Positions 28,158 to 38,441 of a stretch of 64,000 nt of DNA are shown here, piece after piece. The stretch spans positions 4,096,001-4,160,000 of the forward strand of contig OZ242383.1 of NCBI GenBank assembly GCA_965209155.1, written 5' to 3'. Under the pieces are notes generated by a model, which saw only the letters and a program-made list of their open reading frames with translations, ran no database searches and was not told the origin of the DNA. This DNA comes from a bacterium. GTDB taxonomy: Bacteria; SAR324; NAC60-12. The translations under genes were made by a program, and so were the position numbers. Position 1 is the stretch's first letter, and each line of letters starts with the position of its first letter.

Positions 28158-29911
28158 ATTCTTTCATTGAAATCGCCCGGTACTGGGCCCATTCCTCCGT
28201 TTTTGATCGAGCCACGCGCCAGGAAGTCCAGAACCTGTTGGATCAACAAGATGAAATAGAACTGGCGGACCGATTTTCAAATCCCCTCGAATTTGGCACT
28301 GCAGGAATGCGGGGAATCATGGCAGCCGGTGTGAACCGGATGAATCGTTATACAGTCCGGCAAGCTACGGAAGGATTGGCATGCTATCTCGAGAAACAGG
28401 CCGACCCTGTCCATGCCGGTGTCGTGATTGGATACGACAGCCGCCACCATTCCGCAGAATTCGCTCGAGCTGCCAGTGAAGTCCTGGCAGCTCACGGTAT
28501 CCCGGTATTTTTATTCCAGGAAATGGCACCCACACCGATGGTCTCCTTTGAAGTAATCCAGCAAAAAGCCATGGCCGGAATCGTCATTACCGCCAGCCAT
28601 AATCCTGCCGATTACAATGGTTATAAAGTCTATTGGAAAAACGGGGGTCAGATTATCCCTCCCGTAGATGAAGGAATCATCGCTGAAGTGCGCAAAGTGA
28701 CCGACCTGGCATCGATTGCAGAAATATCTATCGAAAAAGCGATCGAGCGGGGAATCATTCAAAAATTGACGGAAGATTCAGATGACCGCTACCTGGAAGC
28801 ATTGGAAAATCAGGCACTGGGAGACCCTGCCAAAAACGGCAGGTTAGGTGTGATCTATACATCCCTGCATGGTACCGGGATACGGTCCGTTCCTCCTCTC
28901 TTAAGAAGACGTGGATTCCGGCAATTGAAACTGGTCGAAGCGCAGTGTAAGCCTGATAGCGATTTTTCCACGGTACGCTCCCCCAACCCTGAAGACGCTC
29001 GAGTTTTTGAACTGGCAATAGCCGCCGCCACACCCGAATATGAACTGATATTGACCAACGATCCCGATGCGGACCGGCTTGGAGTGATGGTCCGTCACAA
29101 TACCAAATGGCGCCACCTGAACGGCAACCAGGTTGGGGCAATCTTGCTCGACTACTGGCTGAGCCGACTACGCGTCATGAAGAAACTACCTCGAGATGGG
29201 GTCTTTATCCAGAGCAACGTCTCCTCACCCTTGGGAGCCAAAATTGCCCGCGCTTATGGTCTCACAGTGGTCGAAACCCTGACCGGATTCAAATGGATGC
29301 GCGCAGAAGCTTCGAGAATTGAAAAAGAGGGTACCGGTACATTTGTTTTTGCAATGGAAGAAAGCCTCGGCTACCTGGCCGGGAATCACTGTGGGGATAA
29401 AGACGGCGTGTGGGCCGCCTTGGCGTTCGCGGAAATGACTGCATATTTAAAAGCCCGGGCATTGACCCCGTTGGACCGTTTGCAACAGTTGCATCAGCAA
29501 TTCGGAATTCACCTGGACGACTTGGAAAATCGAACCTTGCCCGGTATTGACGGTCGTCGAAAAATCGAAGCGATCATGCAAGGTTTTCGTCAACATCCGC
29601 CATCCCTTATTGGCGGAATCCGGTTGTTGCGAATTACAGACCTTTTGCAAAATGTGGTGATCCGGCCCGGATCATCCGAAACATTGCCAGGCCCCAATCT
29701 GCCGGTTTCCGATGTGCTTGTCTTCCAGTTGGAGGACGAGGCCCGCGTCATCGTGCGTCCTTCCGGTACGGAACCTAAAATCAAGTACTACTTCAACCTT
29801 TGCGGTGCCGATGAACCAACGTTGCAGAAACGACTGGATGGACTGAAAAATGATTTGCTCTCAGATTTTGAAACAACCCGACGTGGGAAGGCCAGTTCTT
29901 TTAAAGATTGA
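28154..29911 (+). CDS. pgm: Phosphoglucomutase/phosphomannomutase
   Basis: FGTAGMRG, TASHNP, DPDADR, TLTGFK, RPSGTEPKIK. Confidence 0.93.
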   Translation: MNSFIEIARYWAHSSVFDRATRQEVQNLLDQQDEIELADRFSNPLEFGTAGMRGIMAAGVNRMNRYTVRQATEGLACYLEKQADPVHAGVVIGYDSRHHSAEFARAASEVLAAHGIPVFLFQEMAPTPMVSFEVIQQKAMAGIVITASHNPADYNGYKVYWKNGGQIIPPVDEGIIAEVRKVTDLASIAEISIEKAIERGIIQKLTEDSDDRYLEALENQALGDPAKNGRLGVIYTSLHGTGIRSVPPLLRRRGFRQLKLVEAQCKPDSDFSTVRSPNPEDARVFELAIAAATPEYELILTNDPDADRLGVMVRHNTKWRHLNGNQVGAILLDYWLSRLRVMKKLPRDGVFIQSNVSSPLGAKIARAYGLTVVETLTGFKWMRAEASRIEKEGTGTFVFAMEESLGYLAGNHCGDKDGVWAALAFAEMTAYLKARALTPLDRLQQLHQQFGIHLDDLENRTLPGIDGRRKIEAIMQGFRQHPPSLIGGIRLLRITDLLQNVVIRPGSSETLPGPNLPVSDVLVFQLEDEARVIVRPSGTEPKIKYYFNLCGADEPTLQKRLDGLKNDLLSDFETTRRGKASSFKD

Positions 29912-29982
29912 ATGCTCCTGGCGGGAATGATATTTTTTTAATGGAATTCATTGAAGGTGTCGTTAATTGATCAAGGATAATT

Positions 29983-30564
29983 ATGAGTGAGGAAAAACAC
30001 GAAGACAGTTTGGAAATGATGGGTTTGACGGCCAAGGTTCTCAAATCCCGTACTATAATTATTTCAGATCAAGTCGACAAATATCTGGCAAAAAAAGTGC
30101 TCAACCAACTCTTGTTGCTGGAACAGGAAGATGTCCAAAAAGAAATCACCGTTTTTATCAACTGTCCTGGTGGTGAAGTTTTTTCAGGATTTGCCATTTA
30201 TGACGCGCTGCAATTCATCCAATGTCCGGTGACCACCATCGTAGCCGGGTTTGCTGCCAGCATGGGTTCGATTCTGAGCCTGGCAGCCAGTAAAAACCGT
30301 CGTTTCGCCCTCCCCCGTTCCAAAATCATGATCCACCAACCTCTTTTAACCGGATACCAGGGCCGGGCTACCGATCTCGAAATACAAGCCAACGAAATTC
30401 TCAAAACCAGGGATTTCATTATCGACATCTACTGCCAGGCTACGGGAAAAACCTATGAAGAAATCAAGATTGCCATCGATCGCGATAACTGGTTCACGGC
30501 ACAAGAAGCCCTGGCATTCGGTTTGATCGACCGCGTCATTTCCTCCCGCAAAGAGATGTCTTGA
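29983..30564 (+). CDS. clpP: ATP-dependent Clp protease proteolytic subunit
   Basis: INCPGG, AASMG (Ser), MIHQP (His), DRD (Asp). Confidence 0.96.
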   Translation: MSEEKHEDSLEMMGLTAKVLKSRTIIISDQVDKYLAKKVLNQLLLLEQEDVQKEITVFINCPGGEVFSGFAIYDALQFIQCPVTTIVAGFAASMGSILSLAASKNRRFALPRSKIMIHQPLLTGYQGRATDLEIQANEILKTRDFIIDIYCQATGKTYEEIKIAIDRDNWFTAQEALAFGLIDRVISSRKEMS

Positions 30565-30569
30565 ATCAT

Positions 30570-31586
30570 TCAAATCAGGGGCAGACGGTCCGTCGGATTT
30601 TTTTGCAGAATTTCCTGATCATGGAAATAGCGGATGGTGGTATTCGCCGATGAATGCCGGGCATAGGCCTGTACTTTCTGCAAAGGTTCTCCCAATTGCA
30701 AAGCCAGGGTGATGGCGGTGTGGCGCATCGTATGAGCTGAAATATCCAATCCCAGTGAATTCCCCAGACGCACAACGACGTCGTTGATTCCCTTCCCAGT
30801 CATTTTTTGTCCCAAGGTACGGAAACCCAGAGAGACGAAAACCCAATCTCGCTCCAGATCATAGACGCGTAGGGCATCTCGCCACTTCTGCAATTCGTCG
30901 AACAACTCGCTACGGATTTTTAAACGTTGGGGTACACCGTTTTTTGTATGGTGGAGTAAAGCCACGTGAAATTTTCCATCTTGTCGGATATCACGCCAAC
31001 GTAAATTCGCCGCTTCCCCACGTCGCGCTGCCGTGAAATATAGAAATCGCAAAAGCAGACCATTGCGCCGGCGCATCAACCCCGCCACTCGGGGATCATA
31101 CGTTTCACTGGCATTTGCGCCAATCATCGCGTTCAAATGAGCGATCATCAACGCTCCCTTCGTGCTGACATCCGAGACCTTTTCATTACGAATGACTGAG
31201 GATTTGAATGGATTAGCAGGAAGGTAGCCAAATTCCGTGAGGACCTTGAATACTTTGCGCAGCGCACTCATGGTCTGGTTGATGCTTGCGGGTTTTTTCC
31301 CCTGGGATTTGAGATTGGTTTTATAATCAAGGATGATCAAGCTGTTCAGATTTTGAAGTCCATTTACTCCTTGTTGAGAAAGCCAATTTTGGAATTCCGT
31401 AAAAATACGCGAATATGCCCGCCGGGTATTGGGTTTGTAATCCTCGAACAGCAGCTTCAACGCCTGGGACGGAGAAATTTCCCCTCCAGTATTTTTCGTT
31501 CGATCGTGCGGGGAAGCACCCGAAGTGTCGTTTAATCGGTCCGGTGGGAACCTGTTTAGCTTTTTCAATGGAACGGGGGCATCCAT
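30570..31586 (-). CDS. Tyrosine recombinase/integrase (Xer-like)
   Basis: SAM-like N-domain (NTRRAY), then catalytic R (ARRGE), K (TKNG), HTMRH, RHSS and TTIRY. Confidence 0.93.
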   Translation of the reverse strand: MDAPVPLKKLNRFPPDRLNDTSGASPHDRTKNTGGEISPSQALKLLFEDYKPNTRRAYSRIFTEFQNWLSQQGVNGLQNLNSLIILDYKTNLKSQGKKPASINQTMSALRKVFKVLTEFGYLPANPFKSSVIRNEKVSDVSTKGALMIAHLNAMIGANASETYDPRVAGLMRRRNGLLLRFLYFTAARRGEAANLRWRDIRQDGKFHVALLHHTKNGVPQRLKIRSELFDELQKWRDALRVYDLERDWVFVSLGFRTLGQKMTGKGINDVVVRLGNSLGLDISAHTMRHTAITLALQLGEPLQKVQAYARHSSANTTIRYFHDQEILQKNPTDRLPLI

Positions 31587-31900
31587 CTTGGATTTACTGA
31601 ATTATTTCGTAATCGTTTTAATTTCGAGCCAAAGGATTTTCAACTGGTGGTTGCCGATTCTGCCTGCCAGAGTGGCGTCCGCGTTCAAGTCCCCGGAAAC
31701 AGGTATGCAAGAATCCTTCCTTGTTTGCGTATTCCGAAGACTGTCTTCCACAGCGTATTTTCCGAACGTCCAGCACCCTGCCAGCAAGGTGAAGGCCATC
31801 GTCGTAACGATCCCGTGGAAACCATATTCTGCCAGGATGTCTCCTCAAATCTATGAATAGACACCAAAACATCAATCACATGGTCATGTGTCCACAAGCT

Positions 31901-33100
31901 TTATTGGTGTTTTCCGCGTTGAGGGTCTTTGAATTGACGATGCACTTCCATGAGGAATCGAGGAATAGGAAGTTCTTCCGGACATCGTGGCAGGCAATCG
32001 CCACATTCAGTGCAAGCATCGGCGAAATTACTGGAAAACCAGGGGCTGACCGGATTAAACATGTTGTAGCGATAACGGACGAACCGCTGCATATCATAGG
32101 TTTTCCACATATTGCGAAAACGAAGCACCTCCGGAATATTGATCGATTCGGGACAAGGGAGGCACTCATGGCAGTGAGTACAGTATTCTCGACCCTTCCG
32201 ACGAAAATCGTCACTTGCCTGATCGACAAGCGTTTTGATCAGGGCAAAGCTGGAATCCGGCGACGCATCGTCCTCTATTGCCGGAGCAATGGACGCAAGG
32301 TGACTATCAATGTGTTCCAATTCACTGGCACCCAAACTGAGTGTATGGATTTGTGGATGAGACAGGCAGAAACGGTCATTGAAATTCATGGCTGAGAGGG
32401 GATGGGTCAAATTCAATAATTTTTGAGGAGGGTGGAACAATTGTCCTCCTTTGTCGTTGGGAGAAATGATAAACACTCCCATATCCCGGGCAGCCGCTTC
32501 CACGATGGCCGGCCAATTGTACTGAAAAAAATAATAGTAGTGAAGATTGATGGACTCAAAAACCCCAGTGCGGATTGTTTTCAAAATGACGGGCAGCTTG
32601 CCGTGGGTGCTGAACCCCACATGCCGGATCAATCCTTCCTCTACCGCATCTTGTACTGCCTGCAAGCATCCGTTTTTTTGAAATATGCCCTCAATGTCTT
32701 CCTCCTGGTTGATCCCATGAAAATCGAAATTATCAATCACGTCCAACTGCAACCGTTCCAGTGAATCTTCAATGCATTCCCGCATTTTCTTATAACCGGG
32801 CATCGGTCTGATTTTTGTGGTGAAGAGGAGACGACGCCGCAACTGCGATTTGGTTTCGTCCGGTTTGCCCAACTGGGGCCATATTTTGCCGTAAATTCTT
32901 TCACTGCGTCCATAATCCCGAGCGGTTTCAAAGTGGTGAATCCCCACATCCAGGGCATATTGGCTCACATCCAGGGCATGTTGCAGGGTCTCGTCAGGGA
33001 GGACGTCATGAGGTCCGGCCCATCCGTGAATAAAGCGCATACCTCCCAGCGTGAAAACCGGAAGTTGCAATTCGGTTTTTCCAAAACGACGATAGAGCAT
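31901..33100 (-). CDS. Aldo/keto reductase with C-terminal 4Fe-4S dicluster
   Basis: YRRFGKT, LGGMRF, ETARDYG.SE, GFSTHG, CTHCHECLPCP, CTECGDCLPRCP. Confidence 0.93.
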   Translation of the reverse strand: MLYRRFGKTELQLPVFTLGGMRFIHGWAGPHDVLPDETLQHALDVSQYALDVGIHHFETARDYGRSERIYGKIWPQLGKPDETKSQLRRRLLFTTKIRPMPGYKKMRECIEDSLERLQLDVIDNFDFHGINQEEDIEGIFQKNGCLQAVQDAVEEGLIRHVGFSTHGKLPVILKTIRTGVFESINLHYYYFFQYNWPAIVEAAARDMGVFIISPNDKGGQLFHPPQKLLNLTHPLSAMNFNDRFCLSHPQIHTLSLGASELEHIDSHLASIAPAIEDDASPDSSFALIKTLVDQASDDFRRKGREYCTHCHECLPCPESINIPEVLRFRNMWKTYDMQRFVRYRYNMFNPVSPWFSSNFADACTECGDCLPRCPEELPIPRFLMEVHRQFKDPQRGKHQ

Positions 33101-33325
33101 CCAACGATTTCCTTCCTGCCAGAATTGATTTTTTCAGAAAAAATGATATTATTAACTCTTAGCAAACAACCCTTGATTTTTAAATTTTTATTTTTCCCGG
33201 ACTGACCCGGAATCAAGAGGCGGACCAGGTTTTGAGGTTTCTGAGACTCGGATCCGGTGCAAGATATCAAATCTTGGATAGAATGACATTCATTCCACGC
33301 AAATATTTTTTTAACAAGCTAATTT

Positions 33326-34300
33326 ATGTTCGAGCCATTTGAATTACTAAATCTACGTTTTAAAAACAGCATCCTTTTTCCTCCCAACAAAGAGAACCAA
33401 GCCAACGTTGACGGCTCGGTCAATCGATCGATGATCCGTTATTACCTTGACCAGGCAATTCAAGGTATGGGGGCCATCATTCTGGAATCCGCCTACGTGC
33501 ATAAGCATGGACGCAATCATGTTTCTCAGTTGGGTATTTCAGAAGAAAAGCATCTCCAAGGACTGTCGAGATTGATCGGCGTCCTCAAGCAGGAAGGGGT
33601 GGTCGTTGGAATCAGACTGGCTCATGCGGGTGCCAAAACCTCCAATGAGATTTGTGGCGAGCAACCGATCGCTCCTTCGGTGATCAACATGGGGAAGGAT
33701 TTTAGCGTGAGTCGTGAGTTCGACCGCGGGGATTGTGAGGAACTGAAAATGTTTTTCACTCACGCAGCCGAACGGGCCGAAGAAGTCGGGGCTGATTTTG
33801 TCGAAATCAACAGTGCCCAGCAATTTCTTTTGGATCAATGCTTATCTATACGATTCAATGATCGTGATGACGAATACGGTCCCCATTCTATTTCTTCGCG
33901 TCTGAAATTGAGTTTGGACGTGATCCGCTCCGTCCGAAAGCGTATCTCCAGATATATTCCCATCAGCTTCTATTTTTCCATTCATGATAAGTTGGAAGAT
34001 GGTTTGACGGCTCAGGAATTGAAAACCATGATTCAACTCCTGGAAGAGAGTGGAACCGAGATTTTTCACCCCACCACCCTGCATACCATGAATAAATGTC
34101 TGGATAGCAACGAATCTTTAATCGAATGGGTTGCCAAATTTACCAACAAAGCCATAGTTGCCGAGGGAAACATCAAATCTCCTCAATTACTCAAGGATGC
34201 GTATGGTGTTCACAAAGCACACCTCTATGCTCTGGACCAAGCTATCTTTTCCCGTCCTCAGTGGTATCAATTTCTCACTCATAAGTTCATAGACCGGTAA
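33326..34300 (+). CDS. NADH:flavin oxidoreductase / Old Yellow Enzyme-like protein with degenerate active site
   Basis: LFEP-like start, LAHAG, APS, AAERAEEVGADFVEI, N.RDDEYG; canonical HxAHGY replaced by NSAQQF. Confidence 0.8.
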   Translation: MFEPFELLNLRFKNSILFPPNKENQANVDGSVNRSMIRYYLDQAIQGMGAIILESAYVHKHGRNHVSQLGISEEKHLQGLSRLIGVLKQEGVVVGIRLAHAGAKTSNEICGEQPIAPSVINMGKDFSVSREFDRGDCEELKMFFTHAAERAEEVGADFVEINSAQQFLLDQCLSIRFNDRDDEYGPHSISSRLKLSLDVIRSVRKRISRYIPISFYFSIHDKLEDGLTAQELKTMIQLLEESGTEIFHPTTLHTMNKCLDSNESLIEWVAKFTNKAIVAEGNIKSPQLLKDAYGVHKAHLYALDQAIFSRPQWYQFLTHKFIDR

Positions 34301-35112
34301 CACCAAGAGATATATAACGCTACGGCAAGGGTGTAATTAAAAGTGAGGGGCATCTCATTAAGCTCTTTGTAGTTGTTGCCAATAACAATCCCATTTTCCA
34401 TTGGCTCTTGCCACCCTGAGTTGAATCATCTGATCGGCATGTTGTTTTTTCCACCAAGCGCCAGGGAGTTTGAGCCGTTTTTGGATGAGGGAACGATGGG
34501 CGCTTTCAATTTTTCCAGAGCCGATAGGGAGTTGTTGATCAATAGCTGTTTTGTATTCAAACTGTCCGGGACGATTTTTCATGTAACGTACCAAAGCGCG
34601 AATGGGGGCCTGTTCATTGGGAATAGATTCGGATTCTTGCCTGGATTTAAACTGCTCTAACACGTTGGCTGCTCCTCCTTTTTTCATGGTTTGCTTCTGT
34701 TTTTTCAGGGCCGCTGAGCCGTCTTCAAAAGCGGCTTGGCAGGCTGCACCAAGATAATCACAGAGATGATAAAAATCAATGAGATAGTTCGCCTGAGCGC
34801 CAAAATGAGTTTCGATTTTTTCACAGATCCAAGGGGCTCCATCCCCTAAAGCATGAATCTTCGTCTGCTTTCCCAGTCCCGCTTCAAGAGCGACCTCTTT
34901 CATCTGAAAACCCGCTTCATCTCTACCGTTCAAGGTTCCAGCATAAATGGGGTCGACACTTCCTCGAGCATAAGCTAAGGAGGTAATCCCTTCTTTCCAA
35001 CTCACTTGACGCGTTTTTCTGCGATCCCCCGTAAATGTAGAGTCTGCCGTCTCTACCAGAGGCACCATGGTGCCATCACTTTCCAAAATCACCACCCCCA
35101 CCCCACTGGGCT

Positions 35113-36501
35113 GAGTTATAGTCAAATTCTGGGGATGGCAATTCAGGCGGCGATCCTGTATTGAGGAATTCCATCGACAAATTGTACTCCCTCTATCACT
35201 TCGGCTAATCGTTTAAATCCGTGTAATCGGATCCAATTTTTCTGAGCGGATTCCATTAATTTGAATGCCATCGTCAAGACGGTATTTCTTGAGAAACAAC
35301 CTCTGACTTTGGCAGTTCTCAGTTTGACAGTAGCGAAGGTGGATTCAATGGGATTGCTCGTTCTCAAATGCCTCCAATGCTCTGCCGGGAAATCATAGAA
35401 GGCCATCAAGGTCTCCTGATCTTTAATCAAGCAGTGAGTGGCTTTAGGATATTTCGCCTCATACATGTCAACAAAATGCTTTAAGGCTTTGAAAGCTTCC
35501 TCTTTGCTGCTGGCCATCCAAATTTGATGGAGACGATCCTTGGCTTTATGATGCTCCCTTTTTGGTAAATAGTTGAGAATGTTTCCCGTTTTGTGCATCC
35601 AACAACGCTGCTCTTTGCTCTGAGGATAGACTTTTTTCAAAGCTTTCCAAAATCCCATCGCTCCGTCTCCCACAGCGATTTTAGGGGCCTCAGTCAATCC
35701 CCGGTGCTTCAGATCCATCAGCAGTTCCCTCCAGGATTGCTCACTTTCCCGGTAGCCATCTTCCAAGGCAACGAGCTCTTTATCTCCATTTTCTGTTGCC
35801 CCCACAATCACCAAGAGGCATTGTTTATCTTTATCCATTCTCACATTGCAATACACGCCATCGACCCAGAGATAAACATAATGACTCTGGGAGAGATCCC
35901 GTTGTTTCCAGGCTTTCCAATCCTCATACCAGCTTGATTTAAGACGGCTCACTGTCGCTGAAGACAAGCCCGCCGCTCTTTTACCTAAAATCGCTGCGAG
36001 CGCCTCCTGAAAGCCACCAGTGGAAATCCCTTTCAGATACAGCCAGGGAATCAGGGCTTCAATACTTTTACTTTTCCTCAGATAAGGGGGGATCAACTTG
36101 GAAGAAAATCGAATCCTTTCCTCTGATGAGGTGCTTTGACGATCTTTACTCCGCGGAACTTTCACGGATATAGAACCAATTCCCGTCTGAATCTCCCGAT
36201 CTTGATGATAACCATGACGAACCACTCGCTGACGTCCATCCGAGAGTCGATAGGACTGATATTCCTTCATGAATATTTCCATCTCCAATTCCAACGCTTC
36301 AGAAAGTATCTTCCTGGCTTTCACTCTCAAAAGTTCACTCAAATGATCTTCAATAATTTGCTCTGGCTTCTCCAGATCAATCACGTTATAGTTGCTCATC
36401 GGCGTATCCTTTCTTTGATGTAATTCTATTTATTTTAAATTCCCATCAATAGGATACGCCACCTTCAAATTTAGTCCATCCCCAACTTTCGACTATATCT
36501 C
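35113..36501 (-). mobile_element. IS256-family insertion sequence (1389 bp)
   Basis: Imperfect 26-bp IRs GAGTTATAGTCAAATTCTGGGGATGG / GAGATATAGTCGAAAGTTGGGGATGG; 9-bp TSD CACTGGGCT (35104-35112, 36502-36510). Confidence 0.95.
35143..36399 (-). CDS. IS256-family transposase
   Basis: LYLKGISTG, YLWVDGVY, GDGAMGFW, QRCWMHK, RTSNPIES. Confidence 0.97.
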   Translation of the reverse strand: MSNYNVIDLEKPEQIIEDHLSELLRVKARKILSEALELEMEIFMKEYQSYRLSDGRQRVVRHGYHQDREIQTGIGSISVKVPRSKDRQSTSSEERIRFSSKLIPPYLRKSKSIEALIPWLYLKGISTGGFQEALAAILGKRAAGLSSATVSRLKSSWYEDWKAWKQRDLSQSHYVYLWVDGVYCNVRMDKDKQCLLVIVGATENGDKELVALEDGYRESEQSWRELLMDLKHRGLTEAPKIAVGDGAMGFWKALKKVYPQSKEQRCWMHKTGNILNYLPKREHHKAKDRLHQIWMASSKEEAFKALKHFVDMYEAKYPKATHCLIKDQETLMAFYDFPAEHWRHLRTSNPIESTFATVKLRTAKVRGCFSRNTVLTMAFKLMESAQKNWIRLHGFKRLAEVIEGVQFVDGIPQYRIAA

Positions 36502-37344
36502 CACTGGGCTCCCTGCTAGACGGCTGCTCTTCTTTCAGGGAGAAGCATCTCTGACTGTGATGGAGGGTTCGTGCTCGGATACTGCTGGAAGGAACGTCAA
36601 TGCCATAATGCTCCTTGAGTTTCTGGCTCGCTGCTGCAAAGGAGACATCGGCACCAAAATCCACCATCGCTCGCTGCAGAGGCTTTGAATAACCCTGGCA
36701 CTGAACGCCAATCGAGGCACTCAAGGGTCTCTGTCTTTTTCCTCGCCGTCCTTCCCGGAAAACAAGTTCTTCGATTCCAATGGCACCAAAGGTACTGTAC
36801 CAATACAGTTTTTTTTACCATCTCGGATCAGATCCGCTTTTTGACAAGACTCTGCTTCTTTTATATCGGACTGATGGCCCAACCAGCCTTGAAGCACTTC
36901 CTGACCCAATTTACGCACTTCTTCAATCGCCCGCCTCTCAGCCTCATCGGCTGTTTGGCAACTCCCATCGTCATTTTCGATAATCCCCAGAATGGATTCC
37001 ATCCGACGGCGAAGGTGTGGATACTTCGACAGCCGTTCTTCTAATGAAAGAGATGACTCGTCACCCTCCCTTAGTTCCGAGTAACTCAAGTATTTAGACA
37101 TTTTCAACTCCTGTTTGAAGGTCAATCATTCGAAATCCCCCCACTTTCAATATACTTTGAGCACTTGTCCAGCTGTTTCTCTCTGCCCCTCACTTTTAAT
37201 TACACCCCTACGGCAAAACAAGTTGGCTTGTGTGATTAATTGCTGCTATAAAGAAGGGTTGAACAGAATCTTCCTGCAGGCGAGTTTACCCATTTTTCCG
37301 AGCTCAAGCGCATAACAAATCAACACCGTACAAGAAAGGTCAAC

Positions 37345-37536
37345 ATGGCAATGATATGTCAAATTTGTGGTAAGAAGCCATTGGTGGGCAACCTCGTCAG
37401 TCATGCTCACAATAAAACAAAGCGGCGCTGGTTGCCCAATTTACAAAGGGTTCGGATGTCCAAGGGAGGGGGTCGGAAAAAGATGCGTGTCTGTACCCAG
37501 TGCATTCGTTCAGGAAAAACGCTGGTCGCAACTTGA
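37345..37536 (+). CDS. rpmB: 50S ribosomal protein L28
   Basis: CQICGK...[20 protein letters not shown]...CTQC. Confidence 0.98.
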   Translation: MAMICQICGKKPLVGNLVSHAHNKTKRRWLPNLQRVRMSKGGGRKKMRVCTQCIRSGKTLVAT

Positions 37537-37575
37537 CGTACTCGTGAGTCAGATTGCTACTCTAAAAATGCGAAC

Positions 37576-38415
37576 ATGACCGAATTCAACTATCTTTCCA
37601 TATTGACGCTAGGCCCGGCAGGTACTTTCAGCGACGAAGCGGCAAAAAAGATTTGTTCACCGGCTTCAATTATCACCTATACGCATACTTTTGCGGAAGC
37701 ATTGTTCATGCTTTCCAGAGTACCTCAATCCGTTGCGGTCGTTCCTATTGAAAATTCAGTAGCGGGCATCGTAGATCAGGTGCAGGATTTACTGGTCAGT
37801 GGCAACCTGAACGTCGTCGCCGAAATCAAACTGCCCGTTCGCTACGCCCTTTTGGTTCATGGCCGCTTGAAAGAAGTCAGCACGCACTTCGCCCATCCTC
37901 AGGCCATTGAACAAACCAGTAAATATGCTGCCCGACATTTCCCGCAATCCAAAGTGGTATTCAGTAACAGCAATGTCGATTCCGGAGTACGTTTTTTTGA
38001 ATCGGTTCACCAGAACCGGTCAGTTGCCGCCATAGTCCCTGTTTCATTTGCAGAAAAATATCCGGAATTTTTATTCGAAAAAGACATTCAAGACTACAAA
38101 AGCAATACAACCCGGTTTCTGGTAGTGGAAACGGGTAACGACGAGTCGAAATTCGACTACAGCCGACAAAAAACATCTCTATTCATCGAGTTCAAAGAAG
38201 ATCGGGCTGGTTTGTTGTATGAACTGCTCAGCATATTTAATCGATTCAATATCAATCTCAGTCGTTTGGAATCGAGGCCGTCGAAAGAAACACCGTGGTT
38301 TTACGTATTTTATGTCGACTTTACAAACAATCAATATTCGCAACAATGTCTGGAGGAACTTCAAAATTCTCCTTTTAAGTGCAAGATTTTGGGTAGTTAC
38401 AGCTTGATTGCCTGA
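37576..38415 (+). CDS. pheA: Prephenate dehydratase with ACT domain
   Basis: LGPAGTFS, VPIENS, HPQA, NTTRF, KTS, LSRLESRP. Confidence 0.95.
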   Translation: MTEFNYLSILTLGPAGTFSDEAAKKICSPASIITYTHTFAEALFMLSRVPQSVAVVPIENSVAGIVDQVQDLLVSGNLNVVAEIKLPVRYALLVHGRLKEVSTHFAHPQAIEQTSKYAARHFPQSKVVFSNSNVDSGVRFFESVHQNRSVAAIVPVSFAEKYPEFLFEKDIQDYKSNTTRFLVVETGNDESKFDYSRQKTSLFIEFKEDRAGLLYELLSIFNRFNINLSRLESRPSKETPWFYVFYVDFTNNQYSQQCLEELQNSPFKCKILGSYSLIA

Positions 38416-38441
38416 AGCTGGCCTTATTTCCGTTCAAAGTA

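Larger units (their letters stand above)
34358..37101 (-). pseudogene. ISKra4-type DDE transposase (orfA/orfB joined by -1 frameshift), split by IS256
   Basis: ADEAERRAIEEVRKLG; A8 run (36809-36816) giving KKKLYWYSTFG; DFGAD; GDGAPWI, DFYHL, PIGSGKIESAH, RLKLPGAWW. Confidence 0.88.
34329..37207 (-). mobile_element. ISKra4-family insertion sequence, interrupted by IS256
   Basis: Perfect 24-bp IRs GGGTGTAATTAAAAGTGAGGGGCA (34329-34352, 37184-37207); 9-bp TSD CTACGGCAA (34320-34328, 37208-37216). Confidence 0.92.

Noticed and set aside
31602..31897. Short ORFs between the integrase and the aldo/keto reductase
   Set aside because: Several overlapping frames, none with a recognisable motif or clear RBS.
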